Shown in pieces: positions 60,799-64,000 of a stretch of 64,000 nucleotides of DNA (position 1 is its first letter; every line of letters begins with the position of its first letter). The notes beneath the pieces were generated by a model. It did no database searches. It was not told the DNA's origin and saw only the letters and a program-made list of their open reading frames with translations. Source of the DNA: Selaginella moellendorffii (taxonomy: Eukaryota > Plantae > Lycopodiophyta); the NCBI RefSeq assembly GCF_000143415.4, contig NW_003314351.1, forward strand, positions 442,964 to 506,963, written 5' to 3'. The position numbers and the translations under genes were made by a program.

Positions 60799-61347
60799 AT
60801 GAGGGAGAGATCCACGGCATCATCCAAGCCACACGATGAGCAGCACTCGCTGCTGCAGCACGACGGGGAGTCGGCGGTGTCCAAGCTGCTGAGCCCGGAC
60901 GCGGAGTGGGATAGGGTAAGTTCCGGCGCTAGAAGCGCTTGCAAGACTCACTCGTCAATCAACAGGATCAGCTGGGCGATGTGCTGCATTGGCTGAGGCA
61001 AGCCCTGGGGCTGCTGTGCGGAATCGTGTGGGGTCTCATTCCACTCGTAGGCTCCGTCTGGCTGCTCGTGTAAGTCTTATCTCTCGAGTGGCAATTCACC
61101 TCTCTCCCTGCTCGCTCGCATTGCAAGGTTCATGCTTGTGTCCACGCTGCTCGTCTACACGTACTACGCCTTCTTGCTCAAGGTGGACCAGGACGAGTTT
61201 GGGGGCCACGGCGCTCTCCTCCAGGAGGGCATGTTTGCATCGGTCACGCTCTTCCTGGTAGGTCAACGTACAAGAAGCTAACCCTAATCTCGCATGGCTA
61301 AATTGCAGCTGGCGTGGATTCTTGTCTACAGCCTTGTCCATTTCTGA
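60799..61347 (+). CDS. RAB5IF: RAB5-interacting factor / OPTI (C20orf24, EMC6-like) small membrane protein, 4 exons
   Basis: Spliced product reads W.R|DQLGDVLHWLRQALGLLCGIVWGLIPLVG...LKVDQDEFGGHGALLQEGMFASVTLFL|LAWILVYSLVHF. Confidence 0.88.
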
Positions 61348-61542
61348 TTTTTCCCTCGCCGCCCCAAAACTTCAACTCTTCGTAATAATAAAAACGTTTT
61401 CAAAAACACTAACGTAGCATCGGCGGATCTTGCGGCTGTGCGCTCGCCACGTGTCAGGCCGCCCAACGGATACTTGTTGGAGGATACAAAGCCCGACCCG
61501 CCGCTGTCCATCGAGGGTTTAGGTTTTGTGCTGGGGCGGCGC

Positions 61543-62934
61543 ATGGATTTCCAGTCCCTTCCTCGGCGCCAGCTCCAAATCCTCTGCAAGCAGCACAAGA
61601 TCCCGGCCAACACGACCAATGTCGCCATGGCGGCGGCATTGCGCGACCTTGCTGTAAGTTTTCCTTGGTTCTTGATCGCCAGCTGATTCTTGGGCATTCT
61701 AGGAAAAGGGGGGATGTGAAATCGTGATTCCGGATGTGACGGCGCCCACGCCTTGCAAGTCTGCCTTGTCCACCCCAGTGGCCACTCCCGGCCGAGTCAC
61801 CAGGAGCCAGGTGAAGCAGCAGCGTCAGCGTGACGAAATAGTCATGGAGAGGAAGGAGCTGTTCGTGGAGGAGAGGAGCTCTCGACGTCTCCCATCCAAA
61901 GCAGCGGTTCAAGGTAATGACGAGCAGGTGGTGATACACTCCCAAGCTTCCGAGGTTAAGGTTGCCGCGATTGGTCCCCTTGAGGAGACGAATGCGGCTG
62001 GTGCTGAGGTGGAGCAGCTGGATCTATCTGACGCTCAGGGGGCGACCAAGGGCACCGGTGCCAAGGAGGAGCTGGCTGCGGGGATCGTCTTGCCGCATGC
62101 ATCGGGGATTCCAAAGGAGAAGAAAGACATCTGTGCCGAGGAGGAGGTGGCTGAGATGATCGTCCCGCTGGACATTCTCGAAGAGAAGGAAGACGTCTGT
62201 GCCGAGGAGGGTATTGCCTTGCCGGACATTCTCGAGGAGAAGAAAGACACCTGTGCCGAGGAGGAGGGGATCGTCTTGGCGGACATTCCCGAGGAGAAGA
62301 CAGTCACCTGTGCCGAGGTGCAGCAGCGTGAAAACCCGCCACAGCCCTGCGACAATCATCATAACAACGGGCCACAGGCTGTGGACGCCTCGTCTTTCAC
62401 TGGAGCTGAGCTTGTCGACCACCAACTTGTCTCGTCCATGGACGGGGACGTAGCCGAAACGGAGATGTCCATGTCTGATGACTCGCTGCATCATCTTCTT
62501 AGTCACGCCCCTCAAGGTCAGCTGCCAACGGCCGAGGAAGTATTCCAATCTGATGGGTCAGAGGAGGATAAGTGGTGCGGCCCAGAACTTTTGATGGACG
62601 ATATGTCTCTTGTTGGCGAGTGTCAGCTTAACCAAGATCCGGCAGAGGTGGAGCAGCTGTCTTATGCGTTATCAACTGTCACCCTTGAGGAATCCTCGGC
62701 TACTTCACCCAAGTCAAAAGCGAAAGTGGACAAGGAAAATCTGCCTCTGGGATTCGAACGATTCAGCTTGAGACAGCTAAAGAAATTTCAAAAGGAACTC
62801 TACGGGAAGAAAAAGGTAAGGCGCTGCTCGGTTTCACAAACCGGATTCTCACCCCGTTTTGTCGCTTCCAGATGGAAAAGCCGAGCGTGACGCCTCTGTC
62901 TCCGAATGTCAGCAAGAACAACTGTGCACACTAG
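61543..62934 (+). CDS. Plant Asp/Glu-rich protein with conserved N-terminal SAP-like motif, 3 exons
   Basis: MDFQSLPRRQLQILCKQHKIPANTTNVAMAAAL family motif, acidic middle with internal repeats, C-terminal SLRQLKK. An AACGG motif lies at ~61465. Confidence 0.75.
62070..62320 (+). repeat. Coding tandem repeat of ~17-20 aa (I.EEK.D.CAEEE..I.L.D) x~4
   Basis: Repeated gagaagaaagacacctgtgccgaggaggag-like units. Confidence 0.8.
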
Positions 62935-63241
62935 CGAGCGACTGATCGGAGGTAAAGTAGACGTAGGTGTGAGATCATTCGTCTTCATGATCCTCAGAAG
63001 AAGCGAATATCCGAAGAATATGAATGCGGTCGGTCATTAAGTGTCATTTATTGTTTCAATCTGTCACCATTCGCGAATATGCGCTGCTCATCCTGGCTGG
63101 TTGATGCGTTTCGTGGACTTGCCTTTAGTCGATGGTGCGCGTGCTCCGTTCTGCCCTAGCTCGTTTCGTTTGTTCGTTTTCTGGCATTTTGTAGCTGTAG
63201 CTTGGGCTCGGTGTGGCGACCTGTTCGCTTGATTCAAATCA

Positions 63242-64000
63242 ATGGGCGTCAAGAAGAGCATGCTACCAGTGGAGGAGGTTTTGAAAGGAGCCATTGAATA
63301 TGTACCCCTGCGCGTTGGAGGTGATGGCCATCTGCTTCTCCCTTGTTGTAAAGCAAGTCGTGCCTCTTTTTGCAGCTCCACGTTCGTCTGGGATGCCCCT
63401 GCGGATATTTGCATGGGTTGTAGAGTCGCAACTGATCGGGAAGGTTGTACTAGCCTACTTCATGCGACTCAATCGCTTGCCTCAGGTTTTGCTTCTTCGC
63501 CTCCGCTACAATCGGGCAACTAACAAACCAGCTCCTCCCGTCTCTAGATGCTTTGCGACACTGCAATTCCAGATTCCCCAATGTTCCTGCCCGAATACCC
63601 AGACGACAGTGAGTGAAAATCTGGCATTGCTTTGACTCGTGAAACTGTTTGCTACCAGCAATCGGAGAACCTGCAACAAAGGTTCTAGCCTCAGATTTAG
63701 GAGCGATTTCTCGTGTCGACGCGGCCATCGAGTGCCTTCCGTCTTACATCTCGAGGAGCCAGCGTCTTGGCGACGGATATCCTTTCAAGTTCTGGTGTAT
63801 AAGGGATTATGCAGGAGCATATCGATCGGGAAGAACAACTCCGATGGAGGTAGGTTTTGTCACAGGATGCTATCTTGCAAGGCGTGAAGATCTCGATAAT
63901 TAGGTAGCCGAGCGCTTTATTCAAGCTGTAGAAGATTCTGAAAGGCTGAGTCCTCCAATGGCTTACATGATATCCTTCGACGCGTCCGACATACGTAAAC
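63242..64000 (+). CDS. FAAH: Fatty acid amide hydrolase (amidase signature family), 5' part, truncated by the window end
   Basis: Spliced N-terminus AP..SG..LRIF..VVES.LIG, IPDSPMFLPEYP, RVDAAIECLPSY, FKFWCIRDYAGAYRSGRTTPME|VAERFI matches the plant FAAH N-terminal region. The catalytic part is outside the window. Confidence 0.82.

Overview
Compact, intron-containing land-plant nuclear DNA. Introns of about 45-65 nt, very short intergenic spacers, PLS-class PPR genes and a CCC2-like transporter point to a lycophyte such as Selaginella (inference). The first ~6 kb is a repeat-rich, partly AT-rich, gene-free region with a 12/11/6-bp tandem array, a poly-G run and possible LINE debris. About 21 genes follow: ABCB transporter, divergent GGPPS-like protein, single-pass membrane protein, RAD16-like SNF2/RING helicase, cation-chloride cotransporter, PPR pseudogene plus intact PPR, rhamnogalacturonan lyase, LHW-like bHLH, histone H2B, SEN1-like helicase, GH28 polygalacturonase, an unknown plastid protein, class III peroxidase, a second PPR, a NIP45/Rad60-like SUMO-like-domain protein, ARM protein, a second ABCB, CGL160, RAB5IF/OPTI-like, a Glu-rich protein and a partial FAAH. 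Best leads: (1) the GGPPS-derived protein keeps both Asp-rich metal motifs but has lost the IPP-binding residues, the pattern seen in IDS-derived terpene synthases, and lies tail-to-tail with an ABCB transporter; (2) same-strand gene pairs separated by only 10 and 32 bp, suggesting dicistronic or overlapping transcription. Exon boundaries and family calls were made by eye and from recalled motifs; no database searches were run.
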